64,000 nucleotides of DNA from Octopus sinensis (lineage: Eukaryota). Of this stretch, positions 1 to 13,335 are shown one piece after another. A program made the translations under genes and the position numbers. The DNA lies in the NCBI RefSeq assembly GCF_006345805.1, contig NW_021833430.1, positions 1 to 64,000 on the forward strand, written 5' to 3'. The notes under the pieces are model-generated. The model saw only the letters and a program-made list of their open reading frames with translations. It had not been told where the DNA came from and did not search any database. Numbering within the stretch: position 1 is the stretch's first letter; each line of letters opens with the position of its first letter.

Positions 1-59
1 GGTTGTCCTTGCATACAAGCATGTCCCAGGCATCCCTCTTTAGCTAAGTAATTTCATCT

Positions 60-305
60 TGTAGGTCCATGGGTACTGGTGCCATGTAAAAAGTACCCAT
101 GTCAGTGCCATGTGAAAACTTTCATGTCAGTGCTGTGTAAAAGCATCCACTACACTCTGTAAGGTGGTTGGTATTAGGAAGGACATCCAGCCATAGAAAC
201 CATGCCAAAACAGACATGGAGCCAGGGCAGCTCTCCAGCTAACCAGCTCCTGTCAAACCATCCAACCCATGCCAGCATGGAAAATGGATGTTAAATGCTG
301 ATGAT
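60..305 (+). mobile_element. SINE-like family D, 3' part
   Basis: ...ttaggaagg(g/a)catccagc...aacccatgc(t/c)agcatggaaa...gttaaa(tga)n tail shared with many copies in the window. Confidence 0.75.
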
Positions 306-1724
306 AATCATCATTATCCTGTAATGCATCTGGACACATTGTCAGTAATGTTTCCTGGGGGTCATTGGTTGCTTTGAATCTTTCAGTAATCAGACACCCT
401 CACCCAGGTGAACCAGCCAGGGCTGATCAAGCTCTAGCTGCTATCTGGTTAGCACCACCCTTTCCAGGACCCACTCCTCCTGATCTATGGTTACCTTAAA
501 GCAACCTCTCCTGCCTGCATAACTATTTTGTGGCCTTCTCCCTAGTGACCCCTGTGATGCCTAGCATTCTGGGCAAAGTGACTGTCCTTTAAACCTGCTG
601 AACCCAACCACAATGGAATCACACCTTGCTTACCATCCATTTATCTCAACATAACCCCACCAGCTTTGCACATTTCATTCTCTCTATTTGCTTCCTTAGT
701 TTGGTCCTCCAACAGACTGGAATGATCCAACATGATTACTTGCTTGGATGCTTTCAAGATCAGCACCATATCTTACCTAAATTATGTTAAGGCAATAGTT
801 TCTGTGAACTTCAGCTGCTTTCCTAGGCTGGCTTTCAGCTCCCAGTCTTGTGCTATTGCTTGTATACCTGGCACAATGGACTTGGCAGCTGGCATCATCT
901 TCGCACTTGCTTTGACAATAGTGATAGTCTTCTTTTGTTGGGCAGAAGTGCCTAAATGGCTAATTCTGCTGATGTTGGTGTCTGCTATGACATCAGGACC
1001 TGGTGTTGTATCCACTAGTAGTGAACCTTATCCAAGGTTTTTAGATTTTAGACAACTAATGAAGATGTACTTTAGGGTCTCAGCACTTGGGGAAAGAAAG
1101 CTAGTGGTGCCACCATTTCATTAGCAGAGCAAGCTGGATGGACTCAGTAGGACATTGTAAACTGCTTGAATGAGGAATTGTTTTCCAGTGGCACAGCACT
1201 TTCCATAGACCAGGCTATGAAACTTTGCATGCCACCATTTGCTCCTATCTTAACCAGGCTCTCTGATGTTGTTTCTCAACATACTTGCTTGCTTACTCCT
1301 CCTCATTCAATACTTACACCATATTCCAGCTCTCAACCTCCTGTCCTTTCCTTTCACATCAGAGTTACTACTCAAGCCAGCTCTTCCTCAAGGTACAACA
1401 CACACCAGCACTTAATTACTCTATGACTTAGCTGTGAGTCTACAACCTCAACAACCTCTGCTACTCCCCACTACCAACCTTTTCTGACTTCAATACAAGC
1501 CTAAAAGTCGTTTGAGTTACAGGAGCCTTGGTATAACAACACTTCTCCAGTATGGATTACCTCGAACTAGAAATGATTATGTAGTGGAATAAGATATTAC
1601 CTTAATGACTAACTATATTTTAATTACTTTAAAGAATATGTTTGCTAATGTTCTTTCATTCTCAGAAATGGTTTTGTGACTGTAAAAATAAATCTATAAC
1701 TTGCCTTTTTCCTCTCTATTTCAG

Positions 1725-1818
1725 AATTCCATTGCAATACATTATTGGAGAATGGGATTTCTGCGACCTAACTTTAAAGATGCAGCCCCCAGTTTTTATC
1801 CCAAGACCAGAAACTGAG
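1725..1818 (+). CDS. HEMK1: HemK/PrmC methyltransferase, internal exon A (upstream exons outside window)
   Basis: Polypyrimidine tract + tttcag acceptor, GAG|gt donor; translates [31 protein letters not shown] (PxQYIxG and IPRPETE HemK motifs). Confidence 0.95.
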
Positions 1819-2022
1819 GTTCTACTCCTTTTTTTTTGTCTTTAACCTTTTAGCCTATTTAACAAGTTTTATTTATAGCCTCTATAATAGAAACGATATT
1901 CAACTAACCATTATAAATATTTAAATATTCTAATGTAGGTTACTGCTTAAAGCTTGACCTTTATAGCTCTTTTGCATTTTGTTTTTACTATACAATGTTT
2001 ACAGTACTCTTTTTGTTTTTTA

Positions 2023-2428
2023 ACTCTCTTTCTTGTTTCAGTCATTTGACTGTGGCCATGCTGGAGCACAACCTTTTAGTCGAGCAAATCAACCCCAGGA
2101 CTTATTCTTTGTAAGCCTAGTACTTATTCTATCGGTCTCTTTTGCCGAACCGCTAAGTTACAGTGACGTAAACACAGCAGCATCGGTTGTCAAGCGATGT
2201 TGGGGGAACAAACACAGACACACAAACATATACACACACATAAATATATATATACATACATACATATATGCGGCGGGCTTCTTTCAGTTTCCGTCTATCA
2301 AATCCACTCACAAGGCTTTGGTCAGCCCGAGGCTATAATAGAAGACGCTTGCCCAAGGTACCACACAGTGGGACTGAACCCGGAACCATGTGGTTGGAAA
2401 GCAAGCTACTTACCACACAGCCACTCCT
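2023..2428 (-). mobile_element. tRNA-derived SINE family A
   Basis: Minus-strand head ggagtggctgtgtggtaag...gggttcagtccc (A/B boxes), CORE-like accttgggcaag segment, internal CA/TA microsatellite, gtaaaaga-type tail; more than 15 copies in window. Confidence 0.9.
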
Positions 2429-3059
2429 GCTTTATTTAGTTATATAACTAATGAAGTGAATGTATGTATGACTCTATTGTATTTTCTAGCTTAACAATTT
2501 CCACTTTTTTTTTCTTAGTTTGTAAAATTTCTTCTATAGAACTCTATAAATATCTACTCTTTCTATCTCCCAGTGAGTTTCCTCATAAACCAGTGCTCAC
2601 ACTGAGAATACTGTTTGGTTTCCAGAAGTAAGAATTAGGTTTAATGCTATGGTTGAAAATATGATAAAGGATATGAAGAAGACAAACAAAGTAGCTGGAC
2701 TATCAGAGATAGACACCAAACGCTGAAAATATTTGCTGATGTAGGACATGTGCTTAGTGCTTATTACTTACAGTCAGACAGGTAGGATAAGGAGGTGTCA
2801 TACAGTGGCGAAAGGTGACTAGGAAACTAGGCCATGCACCCCCTCCCCCACACTGAGGTCGGTGAATTTCTGAGTGTTCCAGCCTCCCCAGTTTTCCATG
2901 AAAAGTGTAGTATTATATGCTTTGAGATATGGGGAGTCTGAAAATGAAAATAGTTCACCTCCCCACACACACACAATGATGCACCATTTTGAAGTAGTTA
3001 GTAAGGCATGAGAAACATACATACAAACATTTGTGGAAAGAATCAACTAAAGAAGCATC

Positions 3060-3360
3060 GAACTTGTAGGGGTTAAGTTGTGAAAATAACTGATTAGAAA
3101 GAGTATTAATTTAGATGAAATGCAGTTTGGGTTTCTGCCTGGAGTGAGTATCACCAGTGCTCTTCTAGTGATGCAGCTAACTATGGGAGTTCTTAGCTAA
3201 AACAAGCTACTGTAGTTAGCATTTGCTGATCTAAAGGTGGTCTCTCACAGGTTGTCCCATTCAATAGTTTGGTGGTGGTTGAGAAAACTAGGTGTAGATT
3301 TGGAAGCTTGTGCATGCCATGTACAAAGATACTATCAGCAAAATGAGTTCAGTGAGGGAA
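3060..3360 (+). mobile_element. Decayed RTE-clade LINE reverse transcriptase fragment
   Basis: Translates LIRKSINLDEMQFGFLPG...LAFADLK...VWWWLRKLGV with stops and frameshifts. Confidence 0.7.
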
Positions 3361-3481
3361 AGATGGTCACTAAAATTTGATTAAGTAGCATAATTGGGTC
3401 TGGGATGAAGCAATGGAGGCAGTCTGCCTCTGATAATGTTTTTATGGGGGTGGCAATTTTGGGTCTGCTGTATAAGCATAT

Positions 3482-3930
3482 ATATAGCGTAAAAGCAGTG
3501 TTATTGTATGGGGATGAGACATGGAGAACAACAGTTTAGTCAAATAAGCAAATACAATCATTCATCAACAGATGCTTGCGTAGTATACTTAAAATTAGAT
3601 GGCCCAAACACATAAGCAATATGGAGCTATGGCAAAGAACAAATCAAGTTTCGATTAGGGAGCAGATATTTAAGAAAAAGTGGAAGTGGATTGGTAGCAC
3701 AATTAGAAAAGAAACACTGAATGTAGCGAAAAGTGCTTTACAGTGGAAACCGGATGGATATAGATGGAGAGGTAGGCCTAAGAACTTGTGGCGGAGATCA
3801 ACACAAAAGGAACTAGAGAAAGAGGGATGTTCATGGTAGAGTATAAGTGCAGAAGCCAAAAATTATATGACATAGAATTCAACTATAAGTGGCCTATACT
3901 CTGCATTGGAGGGCTAAAGGCACAAAGAAA
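3482..3930 (+). mobile_element. RTE-BovB-like LINE 3' fragment
   Basis: VLLYGxETW...CLRSILKIRWPKHISNMELW...WKWIG...GRPKNLWRR, typical RTE ORF C-terminus. Confidence 0.85.
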
Positions 3931-4728
3931 AAAAAAAAAGAAGTATAAGCATAAAAGGAGTGGGAGACAAATGAAAGGGCTGCCCTGCATGGCACACACT
4001 TTAGTTATGCTATACATTTGATTCTCAGTCCATAACAAGAGTTTAAGACTGGCTGTCCATAGAAACTTTTGAATGCTTGTGACTTGGTTCTCATAGCTGA
4101 ATGTTACAAAGAATTAGAGAAAACTTCCAAACATGAAACCAAAGTCTAGGATTAAGAGGCCTCAAAAAGCAAATGTAGAAAAGGCTAAAATTTTAGATGT
4201 TTTGGCGTCCCCATTAATATTAATTTCAAATTTTGAGACAAGGCCAGAAATTTCAAGAGAGGAGAGTAAGCTGACTATATTGATCCCCGTGCACAACTGG
4301 TACTCATTTTATTGACTCCAAAAGGATGAAAAGCAAAGTTAACCTAAGCAGAATTTGAACTCAGAACGTAAAGATGGATAAAATGCTTTTAAGTATTTTG
4401 CCTGGCATGCTAATGACTCTACCAGCTTGCTATCTTAGTGTCCTGAAAATATTGAATAGCAGTTCAACTTGTTTAATTCATATCACATGAACTTGTTTCA
4501 ACATGTTAAGAATTTTGATTATATCTTCGATTTTGTTCCATTGTGTATCTAATTTTTGCTATCTAATAGTTGTTATCTAATAGTTGTATCTAATAGTTGT
4601 TAAATAAATATGTGAAACTTGAAAACATGTGACCAGCAGAATAATGCTGTGCATGATGTGACTACACTATAGATTATACTATCTCCATCAGCTTTTGTTA
4701 TAGATCTTAATATTAGCAATCAATTCAA

Positions 4729-5740
4729 GGTGGCAAGCTGGCAGAATTGTGAGTATGCTGGGTGAAATGCTTAGTGGTATTTTGTCTGTCGCTACGTTCT
4801 GGGTTCAAATTCCACTGAGGTTGACTTTGCCTTTCATCCTTTCGGAGTCGATAAATTAAGTACCAGTTACGCACTGGAGTCGATGTAATCGACTTAATAC
4901 CTATGTCTGTCCTTGTTTGTCCCCTCTGTGTTTAGCCCCTTGTGGGTAATAAAGAAATAGGTATTTTGTCTGTCGCTACGTTCTGGGTTCAAATTCCACT
5001 GAGGTTGACTTTGCCTTTCATCCTTTCGGAGTCGATTATATAAGTACCAGTTACGCACTGGGGTTGATATAATCGACTTAATCCGTTTGTCCTTGTTTGT
5101 CTTCTCTGTGTTGCCCCTTGTGGGTCGTAAAGAAATAGAAATAGGTATTTTGTCTGAGTTCAAATTTCGCTGAGGTTGACTTTGCTTGTCATCCTTTCGG
5201 GGTTGATAAATTAAGTACCAGTTGCATATTGGGGTCAATCTAATCGACTAGCCCCCTCCCCCCAAAATTTCAGGCCCTGTGCCTAGAGTAGAAAAGAATT
5301 GTGAGCACACCAGGCAAAATGCTTAGCAACATTTCATATATTTATATGATGAGTTCAAATTCTGTTGAGGTCAACTTTGCCTTTCATCCTTTTAGAGTTG
5401 ATAAAATGAGTACCACTTGAGCACTGGAGTCGATGTAATCAACTTATCCCCTACCCTAACATTGCTGGCCTTGTGCCAAAATTTGAAATCAGTATTATCA
5501 ACAGTTAAGGCAGTGAGCTGGAAGAATCATTAGCACCTTGGGCAAAATGCTTAGCGGCATTCTGTCTACCTTTGTGTTCTGAGTTCAAATTCTGCTAAAG
5601 TTGATTTTGCCTTTCAGTCTTTTGGGGTTGATAAAATAAGTATCAGTTGAGCACTGGAGTTGGTATAATCAGCTTACTGCACCCCCCCCCCACTGAAATT
5701 GCAGGCCTTGTGCCAAAATTTGAAATCAATATTACCAACA
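4729..5740 (+). mobile_element. Cluster/tandem multimer of tRNA-derived SINE family B
   Basis: Repeated gagttcaaatt (B box), gactttgcctttcatcctttcggggtcgataaattaagtaccag (resembles the MetaSINE central domain) and gccccttgtgggtaataaagaaata tail. Confidence 0.85.
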
Positions 5741-5939
5741 GTTTGGTTGTTGGTCTCAGTGTCACCTATCATTTATGCTGCAGGTTAACTCGTTACCATA
5801 TTTTTGTTAAGATACTCTGGCTTTGTTTCAATAATTTTTGAAAATAATGAAGAAATTAGTAAAATAGCTTTGTCAATATTAAGCTGTTATTTGGAACATA
5901 AATTAATATGAAAGGTTTATGGAAGGTTTTAATTTGCAT

Positions 5940-6300
5940 GTTGTGCAGAATATACTGCCAGCATTGCCCAAACGACCTGAACATTAGCTTCAAGGCTCAT
6001 CTAAGGCTGGGACCACGGGCCATACGTCCCCTGCCCAATTCAGGATCACAACATATAGGTACACTGTGATACAATTTCTTTTCCTCAACAGGCCCTGCCC
6101 TGTTTAACATTGTCCCAAAACTGATCAAAGAGGAAAAGGATCCCATCACCTTTAAATAGAGTCTGGACAAATTTCTTCTAGGAATACCAGGTAAGCCACC
6201 CATACCCGGATACAACTCACTCAACAAGAACTCACAACTTGAATGGACCATAATAACACAAAACTTGACATAAAAAGGATTTAGATAATCCTATCAGGTG
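5940..6300 (+). mobile_element. CR1/L2-like LINE 3' fragment
   Basis: YNFFSSTGPALFNIVPKLIKEEKDPITFK*SLDKFLLGIPGKPPIPGY resembles a CR1-group ORF2 end. Confidence 0.6.
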
Positions 6301-6312
6301 GTGCTGTAGGCA

Positions 6313-6710
6313 TAGGAGTGGCTGTGTACTAAGTAGCTTGCTTACGAACCACATGGTTCCGGGTTCAGTCCCACTGCGTGGCACCTTGGGCAAGTGTCTT
6401 CTACTATAGCCTCGGGCCGACCAAAGCCTTGTGAGTGGATTTGGTAGACAGAAACTGAAAGAAGCCTGTCATATATATGTATATATATATATAAGTATGT
6501 GTGTGTGTACGTATCTGTGTTTGTCCCCCCAACATCGCTTGACGACCGATGCTGGTGTGTTTATGTCACCGTCACTTAGCGGTTCGGCAAAAGAGATCCG
6601 ATAGAATAAATACTAGGCTTAGAAAGAATAAGTGCTGGGGTCGATTTTCTCGACTAAAGACGGTGCTCCAGCATGGCCGCAGTCAAATGACTGAAACAAG
6701 TAAAATGAGT
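6313..6710 (+). mobile_element. SINE family A
   Basis: Full-length copy in + orientation ending about 115 nt upstream of exon B. Confidence 0.9.
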
Positions 6711-6824
6711 ATTAAGTTAGACATGGCCTGGACCAATCTTTCGTCGAAACTTATCTAAGTTTTATATTTATATCAAAATGGTTAATTCATACAATTGAGT
6801 TATTTCTCATCTTTCATCTTTCAG

Positions 6825-6947
6825 CAACTTGTTGGCCATATTTTGAGCTTCTTGGATGCAGAAAAAAAAGAAACGAAAGGCAGATTTTTGGAAATTGGTT
6901 GTGGTTCTGGTAGTCTGAGTTTGGCCTTGCTGCATAAACTCACTCAG
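6825..6947 (+). CDS. HEMK1: HEMK1 exon B (SAM-binding motif I)
   Basis: tttcag / CAG|gtaact; phase 0-0; QLVGHILSFLDAEKKETKGRFLEIGCGSGSLSLALLHKLTQ with LEIGCGSG motif. Confidence 0.95.
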
Positions 6948-7138
6948 GTAACTAAGGAGCTTGTGATGGTGGTGGTGGTGGCTGTGGGTGTGTAGTATGT
7001 ACATAATATATATAAGTGTATCTAATTCTGTTAGTATTTTTCAATCTAAAGATCTAAAAATCTTATAAAAACTTCACTCTTTCCACTATGTAATTGGTAA
7101 GTCAACTTCTTTTTCTACCTTATTTTTTCATTTGTTTA

Positions 7139-7227
7139 AAAATTTACCTGATGATGGCAAATTTTTGCAATGATGTAATCTAAGAATACATAATCTAAAT
7201 GCTGCTGAAACAGCTGTTGTGAATTTT
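7139..7227 (+). ncRNA. Type I hammerhead ribozyme motif (Penelope-like remnant) in HEMK1 intron
   Basis: AAAATTTAC-CTGATGA-TGGCA...TGCT-GAAA-CAGCTG-TT-GTGAATTTT: 9-bp stem I, palindromic stem III ACAGCTGT, GTT triplet. Confidence 0.65.
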
Positions 7228-7251
7228 GAACTCCCCACACATATATATATG

Positions 7252-7592
7252 TAAGGGTAAAGACCCCCTTCGGTCATGAGTGACCATGGGTTTGCACCTA
7301 GAGAGTTACCCTCTGAGGCACAAGTCTGGGCAAGGTTGTTTTATGGAAGACCAGTAGTCGCCCATGCATACCGGCCTCCTCTCTCCACGCTGCCGATGTC
7401 ATCCAAGGGAAAGGCAAGGGCCGATACAGCTTGGCACCTGTGACGTCGCAACTCATTTCTACAGCTGAGTGAACTGGAGCAACGTGAAATAAAGTGTCTT
7501 GCTCAAGAACACAACACGCAGCCCGGTCCGGGATTCGAGCTCACAACCTCACGATCGTAAGCTCGACACTCTAACCACTGAGCCATGCGCCT
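7252..7592 (-). mobile_element. tRNA-derived SINE family C
   Basis: Head ggctcagtggttagag...gctcgaatccc, then ttgtgttcttgagcaagacac...ctccagttcactcagctgt; other copies 9085-9420, 18846-19186, 46790-47100. Confidence 0.85.
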
Positions 7593-7651
7593 TCACCTTC
7601 ACCTTCACCTTCGCCTTCAGCCATGCGCCTATATATATGTATATATATATG

Positions 7652-7720
<69 letters not shown>

Positions 7721-7843
7721 TAAAATAGGATAAAATCCTTATAAGAATTTATCAAGTAGTCAGCGTGAAAAAAACTCATAAGGGAAAAATTATAATTCCC
7801 TTTAAATATATTTATTTATATTAAGGGCATGCACGCACGCACA

Positions 7844-7883
<40 letters not shown>

Positions 7884-8597
7884 AAAACTGTATTAGTTGT
7901 TATGCCTCTTCAGTGAACCCCTTGAGTCAATCCATCTTATCCTGTCCCTGCTGTAGTCATCAACATAACCTATCATACATAGATAAAAGAAACAACTGTA
8001 CCATACATTAACTTCTATTCTGCCCCCCCCCCATCCCTTATACAGACTACCATAGTTTCAGTAGGTGCACTATTGTCAGTTGGTCACTAAATATCAGCAG
8101 AAACTGTATGTGATCAATTGGCCTGCAAAAAAAAAAAAAAAAAAAAAAAGAAAAAAGAAAATAAGCATCCTTAAAATAAAAAGAAAGAAGACATTGTTTA
8201 GTGTAGTCTGGGAAACACTATCTTTCGGATGTGTTTGATTAAGTTTGCTTTGGGGGATTAAACAACAAGGAAATAAGGCAATCCAAAATGATTAAATGCC
8301 TAAGTGTAACAATGTGGCCCAGAATCAAATCGACACTTGGTCTATCTGTCACTGCTGTTTAATATAGTACAGCTGTAGTATCTATGCAATTGTAATAGTG
8401 TTACTACTGCTTACTATAATAATATAGTACGACTGTTGCTGTAGTTGTTATAGTATTTTAACACTACTATTACTGTTATTTACTATAGTATTATAGTCTG
8501 TTTTCTACTATAATAATATAGTACTACTGTTACTGCTATTTGCTATGGTAGGGTAGAACCACAGTTACTGTTATTTATATAGTAGTATGTTTGTTCC

Positions 8598-9055
8598 TTC
8601 TTGAGCCATGCCTGGCTCATAAGGGCCAGTTTCCCAGTTTCATTGACATATAGGTTCCCCACCTGGACGGGATGCCGGTCCGTCACAGGTGAGCTGTTAG
8701 ATGCAGGAGGAAAGTTGTGGCAAAAGAGTAAGCAGAAGTCCACTACATTCTGAGTTCAAATTCCACCGAGGTCGACTTTGCCTTTCATCCTTTCGGGGTT
8801 GATTAAATATGTACCAGTTATGCACTGGGGTCGATATGATCGACTTAATCCATTTGTCTGTCCTTGTTTGTTCCCTCTGTGTGTAGCTCCTTGTGAGCAG
8901 TAAAGAAATAAGAAGTTCGACATTACCTTCTGCTGGAGCAGCGTGGAGCTTAAGTGTTTTGCTCATAAACACACACATCACATGATCTGAGATTCGAACC
9001 CGCGATCCCTCAACCGCGAGTTTGCTGCTCTAACCACTAGGCCATGTGCCTCCAC
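8598..9055 (-). mobile_element. tRNA-SINE (C-related, different tail) with a nested SINE B fragment (8742-8912)
   Basis: Matches the uninterrupted + copy at 46466-46770; agaagt flanks the nested fragment. Confidence 0.75.
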
Positions 9056-9414
9056 ATATAGTAATATAAAGATACTTAAAAGGAGGGCACATGGCTCAGT
9101 GGTTTAGAACATTGGGCTCACAATCATGAGGTTGTGAGTTTGATTCCTGAACTGGGCTGCGTGTTGTGTTCTTGAGCAAAACACTTTATTTTGTGTTGCT
9201 CCAGTTCACTCAGCTGTAGAAATGAGTTACAACATCACTGGTGCCAAGCTGTATCAGCTTTTGCCTTTCCCTTGGATAATATTGGTGGCATGGAGAGGGG
9301 AGGCTGGTATGCATGGGCGACTGCTGGTCTTCCATTAACAACATTGCCTGGACTAATGCCTAGGAGGGTAACTTTCTAGGTGCAATCTCATGGTCATTCG
9401 TGATTGAAATGGGT

Positions 9415-9803
9415 CTTTACTCTTTTACTCTTTTACTTTCAGTCATTTGACTGTGGCCATGCTGGAGCATCGCCTTTAGTCGAGCAAATCGCCCCCAGGA
9501 CTTATTCTTTGTAAGCCTAGTACTTATTCTATCAGTTTCTTTTTTACTGAACCGCTAAGTTACGGGGACGTAAACACACCACCATTGGTTGTCAAGCGAT
9601 GTTGAGGGGACAAGCACAGACACACAAACATATACACATACACATACACGACGGGCTTCTTTCAGTTTCCGTCTACCAAATCCACTCACAAGGCTTTGGT
9701 CAGCCCGAGGCTATAGTAGAAGACACTTGCCCAAGGTGCCACGCAGTGGAACTGAACCCAGAACCATGTGGTTGATAAGCAAGCTACTTATCACACAGCC
9801 ACT
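9415..9803 (-). mobile_element. SINE family A
   Basis: Full-length copy, same motifs as 2023-2428. Confidence 0.9.
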
Positions 9804-9890
9804 CATAGTCCTAGGCTAACTAAAGCCTTTTGTGTGAATTCGGTACATAGAATCTGAAAGAAGCCCATTGTATGTGTGTGTGTGTGTGTG

Positions 9891-9941
<51 letters not shown>

Positions 9942-10409
9942 TCCTTGTCTTGATGTGTCATAGTTGTTAAATGAATGTGACCATCATACAAACATTGTAA
10001 TTCATTTTTCAACCTATTATCAAAACGTGTCATAAAGAAAATATTGTCTTGCTTGGAAAACAAATGTGGCTCAATGAATTCTGTCTCACCTATGCAAGCA
10101 TGGAAAAGTAGACATTATAACAATGATGATGATGACGATGATGAGTCTTCTAATGCTCTCTTTATTAAATATGTTAGCACTAATTTAACTTACGTGTTTC
10201 AGATGGTTGACATTTTGGAATTATTTATTCTGTAAATGGTGTTATTTACTTAACCAGTGTACAATCTCGAACAATTAATTAGTTATCTCTTATCATTACT
10301 TTGGCAAACACACTTAAGATTGTGCTTTGTGAGGAAGTCACAATAATCCTAAAACCTGTCTTGTCTTCTTTTATACTTCAGGGAGAAATAAAACTAATAT
10401 TAGTCATCA

Positions 10410-10980
10410 ATCATCATCATCATCGTTTAACATCCGCTTTCCATGCTAGTATGGGTTGGACGATTTTGACTGAGGGCTGGCGAACCAGATGGCTGCCCCA
10501 GGCTCCAATCTTGATCTGGCAGAGTTTCTACAGCTGGATGCCCTTCCTAACGCCAACCACTCTGAGAATGTAGTGGGTGCTCTTTATGTGCCACCGGCAC
10601 GGGCGCCAGTTACTGGCAATGACCTCGCTCGAATCTTTTTTACACGTGCCACCGGCACAGGTGCCAGTGAAGCGACGTTGGTAATGATCACGCTCGAATG
10701 GTGCCTTTTACATGCCACGGGTACGGAAGCCAGTTGGCTGCTCTGGCAACGATCATGTTCGGATTTGCACCCTACTAACACATGCACAAGTGCCAGTAAG
10801 GCGACACTGGTAATGATCATACTCGAACAGTGCCCTTTTATGTGCCACTGGCACAGAAGCCAGTTAGTCGCTCTGTCAATGATCGCACTTGTATGGTGCT
10901 CTTTGCACCCCGCTGGCACGGATGCCAGTCATCGAATTGATTTTGGTTTTGATTGATTTTGATTTCACTTGCCTCAACAG
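10410..10980 (-). mobile_element. SINE-like family D, 5'-truncated, flanked by 151-bp direct repeats
   Basis: (cat)n tail at left, internal tandem subrepeats (gtgccac..gcac); direct repeats 10259-10409 and 10981-11131. Confidence 0.85.
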
Positions 10981-11261
10981 GTACAATCTTGAACATTTAA
11001 TTAGTTTTCTCTTAGCATTACTTTGGCAAATACACTTAAGATTGTGCTTCATGAGGAAGTCACAATAATCCTAAAACCTGTCTAGTCTTCTTTTATACTC
11101 CAGGGAGAAATAAAACTAATATTAGTCATCATTGACCTGCATTATTTTTTTCCTTGCAACATAATTATTTTCAGTTAAAAAATATGTCACAAACATATTT
11201 TAACTTACCTAAAGTTTGTGTTTATTCATAATCTCTATTTGGCACTGATACTGCTATATGT

Positions 11262-11576
11262 CTCGTAGAAGCGTCATCCAACCAAAGTACAAATATATGG
11301 GAAACTACCACCTGTATCATCTCTTGTGAAAGGTAGAAGAGTCCAGTTTGCTGGACATTGTTGTAGAGCTGAAAACGAGGTCATTTCTACTCTTCTCCTC
11401 TGGAAGCCATCTGCTCGCAATACCAGAGGGCGCACACTCTCCTACTCTGATATAATCTTCAGGCATACAGGCATCCAGCAGCAGGACCTCCGTAATGCTA
11501 TGATGGACCATGAAGTCTGGCGTAACATAGTAAATTCCATTGTCTCGACCACGGTCAAACAATGATGATGATGATA
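11262..11576 (+). mobile_element. RTE-clade LINE 3' end
   Basis: RRVQFAGHCCRAENEVISTLLLWKP...DHEVWR then stop and (gat)n tail. Confidence 0.8.
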
Positions 11577-12796
11577 CTATATGTATCCTGACCAGGTGGT
11601 TAAGTAGCACAACTCAGTCACTGATGTTGACTGTTTTTCTTTTTTTAAGGGAAAGCCACAGATTTGTATCTGTCCAGGGTTATTTTCCTTCGGTATTTCC
11701 CATGGAGAAAGGCTAAAGAGCTAGGAATGGCTGTCTAGGAATCTGATAGAGCAAGCCCTGGGCAAATACAGTGTTTTTACACATTTTATTACCATATGAA
11801 AGAATTATTTCTCCATGGTAACTGCAGTGAATTTACCTTTAGCAGTCGAAATATGTCGCAAACATGTTTTAACTAACCTAAAGGTTGTTTATTTCTAATC
11901 ACTGCTTGGCACTGATGTTGCTATATTCTTCTACTTGTTTCAGTCATTTGACTGTGGCCATGCTACAGCACCACCTTGAAGGGTTTTTAGTCAAATGAAT
12001 TGACCCCAATACTTATTTCTTTTTTAAAGCCTGGTACTTATTCTATCCATCCCTTTTTGCTGAATTGCTAAGTTACTGGGATGTAAACACACCAGCACTG
12101 GTTGTCAAGTGGTGATGGGGCGGGGGCGGGGGGCAAACACAGACACAAAGACACGCGCACACACACACACACACACATGTATATATATATACAACAAGCT
12201 TGTTTCAATTTCCATCTACCAAATCCACTCGCAAGGCTTTAGTAGGCTTGAGGCTATAGTAGAAGACATTCACCTAAGGTGCCATGCAGTGGGACTGAAC
12301 CCAGAACCATGTGGTTGGGAAGCAAACTTCTTACCATACGACCATGTCTGTGCCGATTATCTGTTAACATTAATTTAACTATTATTTCTAGTGGCCAAAA
12401 TGTGGTTCCCCCAAAGGATATCAGGAGTAATGTTACTAGACGGGGTGTGTATCTTGGAGATCAGGATGTCTCTCCAGGTCAAGCCACTGCCTCTCTGTAT
12501 TAAGGAGCCACAGCTCTGTTACTATAGATATGCAATCAGAATGTTGCGGGAAAGAAACGCAAAACAGATTCTTCAAACTCAGCCAACTGGTAGATCAAAA
12601 ACGAGATGGTTGGATATGATATCCATAGTCTAAGTTGGTCACATTTAAGAATCCAGCTGAAAAAGTGTAATGGTGGTTGCTTCTGATTGGACCCTGTAGA
12701 GGAGGTACCTGAAGACTCTACCCCAAAACTTTCACAAGAATAGTGGCTGGGTGGGTTGGCAGATGATGGAGGAAAAAGGGGACGAAAAGGAGGAGT

Positions 12797-13072
12797 GTTG
12801 TGAGTGGATTTGGTAGACAGAAACGGAAAGAAGCCCATAGTATATGTATATGTGTGTGAGTGTCTTTGTATCTGTTTGTTCCACTATCATTGCTTGACAA
12901 CCGGTGTTGGTGTGTTTACATCCCTGTAACATAGCAGTTCGGCAGAGAGACTGATAGAATGAGTACTAGGCTTAAAAGTAAGTCCTGGGGTCGAATTGTT
13001 TGACTAAAACACTTCAAGGCAGTGCTGCAGCATGGCCGTAGTCAAATGACGGAAAACTAATGAAAGAGTAAA
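12797..13072 (+). mobile_element. SINE family A, 3' portion
   Basis: tgtgagtggatttggtagacagaaac...cagcatggccg..gtcaaatgac; another - copy at 11930-12350. Confidence 0.85.
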
Positions 13073-13335
13073 ATAAACATTGTGTTTGACAAAATAAAAT
13101 CTGAATGCTCAAGGGTTTAAAACTCATTTTTACTTCAATCATAAAAGATAGATAGTAAAACGAGAAAATGAAAGAAGACTGATCAAGCTGTAAAGAAGAA
13201 TTCTGACTGAGCCAGGGCTAACCTTTGATATGTGTGGATGTAGAGCAATAAAACAATGAAGCCAATGTCTTTATAATGAAAAAAAATCTTTCTCGACCAG
13301 TGGGACTTGCCTGGTTTTGTTTATTCTGTTTCCAG

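Noticed and set aside
732-1426. 130-aa and neighbouring ORFs as host exons
   Set aside because: No recognisable motif or HEMK1 similarity; probably a decayed repeat that I cannot classify.
11165-11930. ~90-bp diverged direct repeats (11170-11260, 11842-11928) as another giant TSD
   Set aside because: The second copy lies about 260 bp beyond the RTE tail, so it does not abut the element; more likely an older local duplication.
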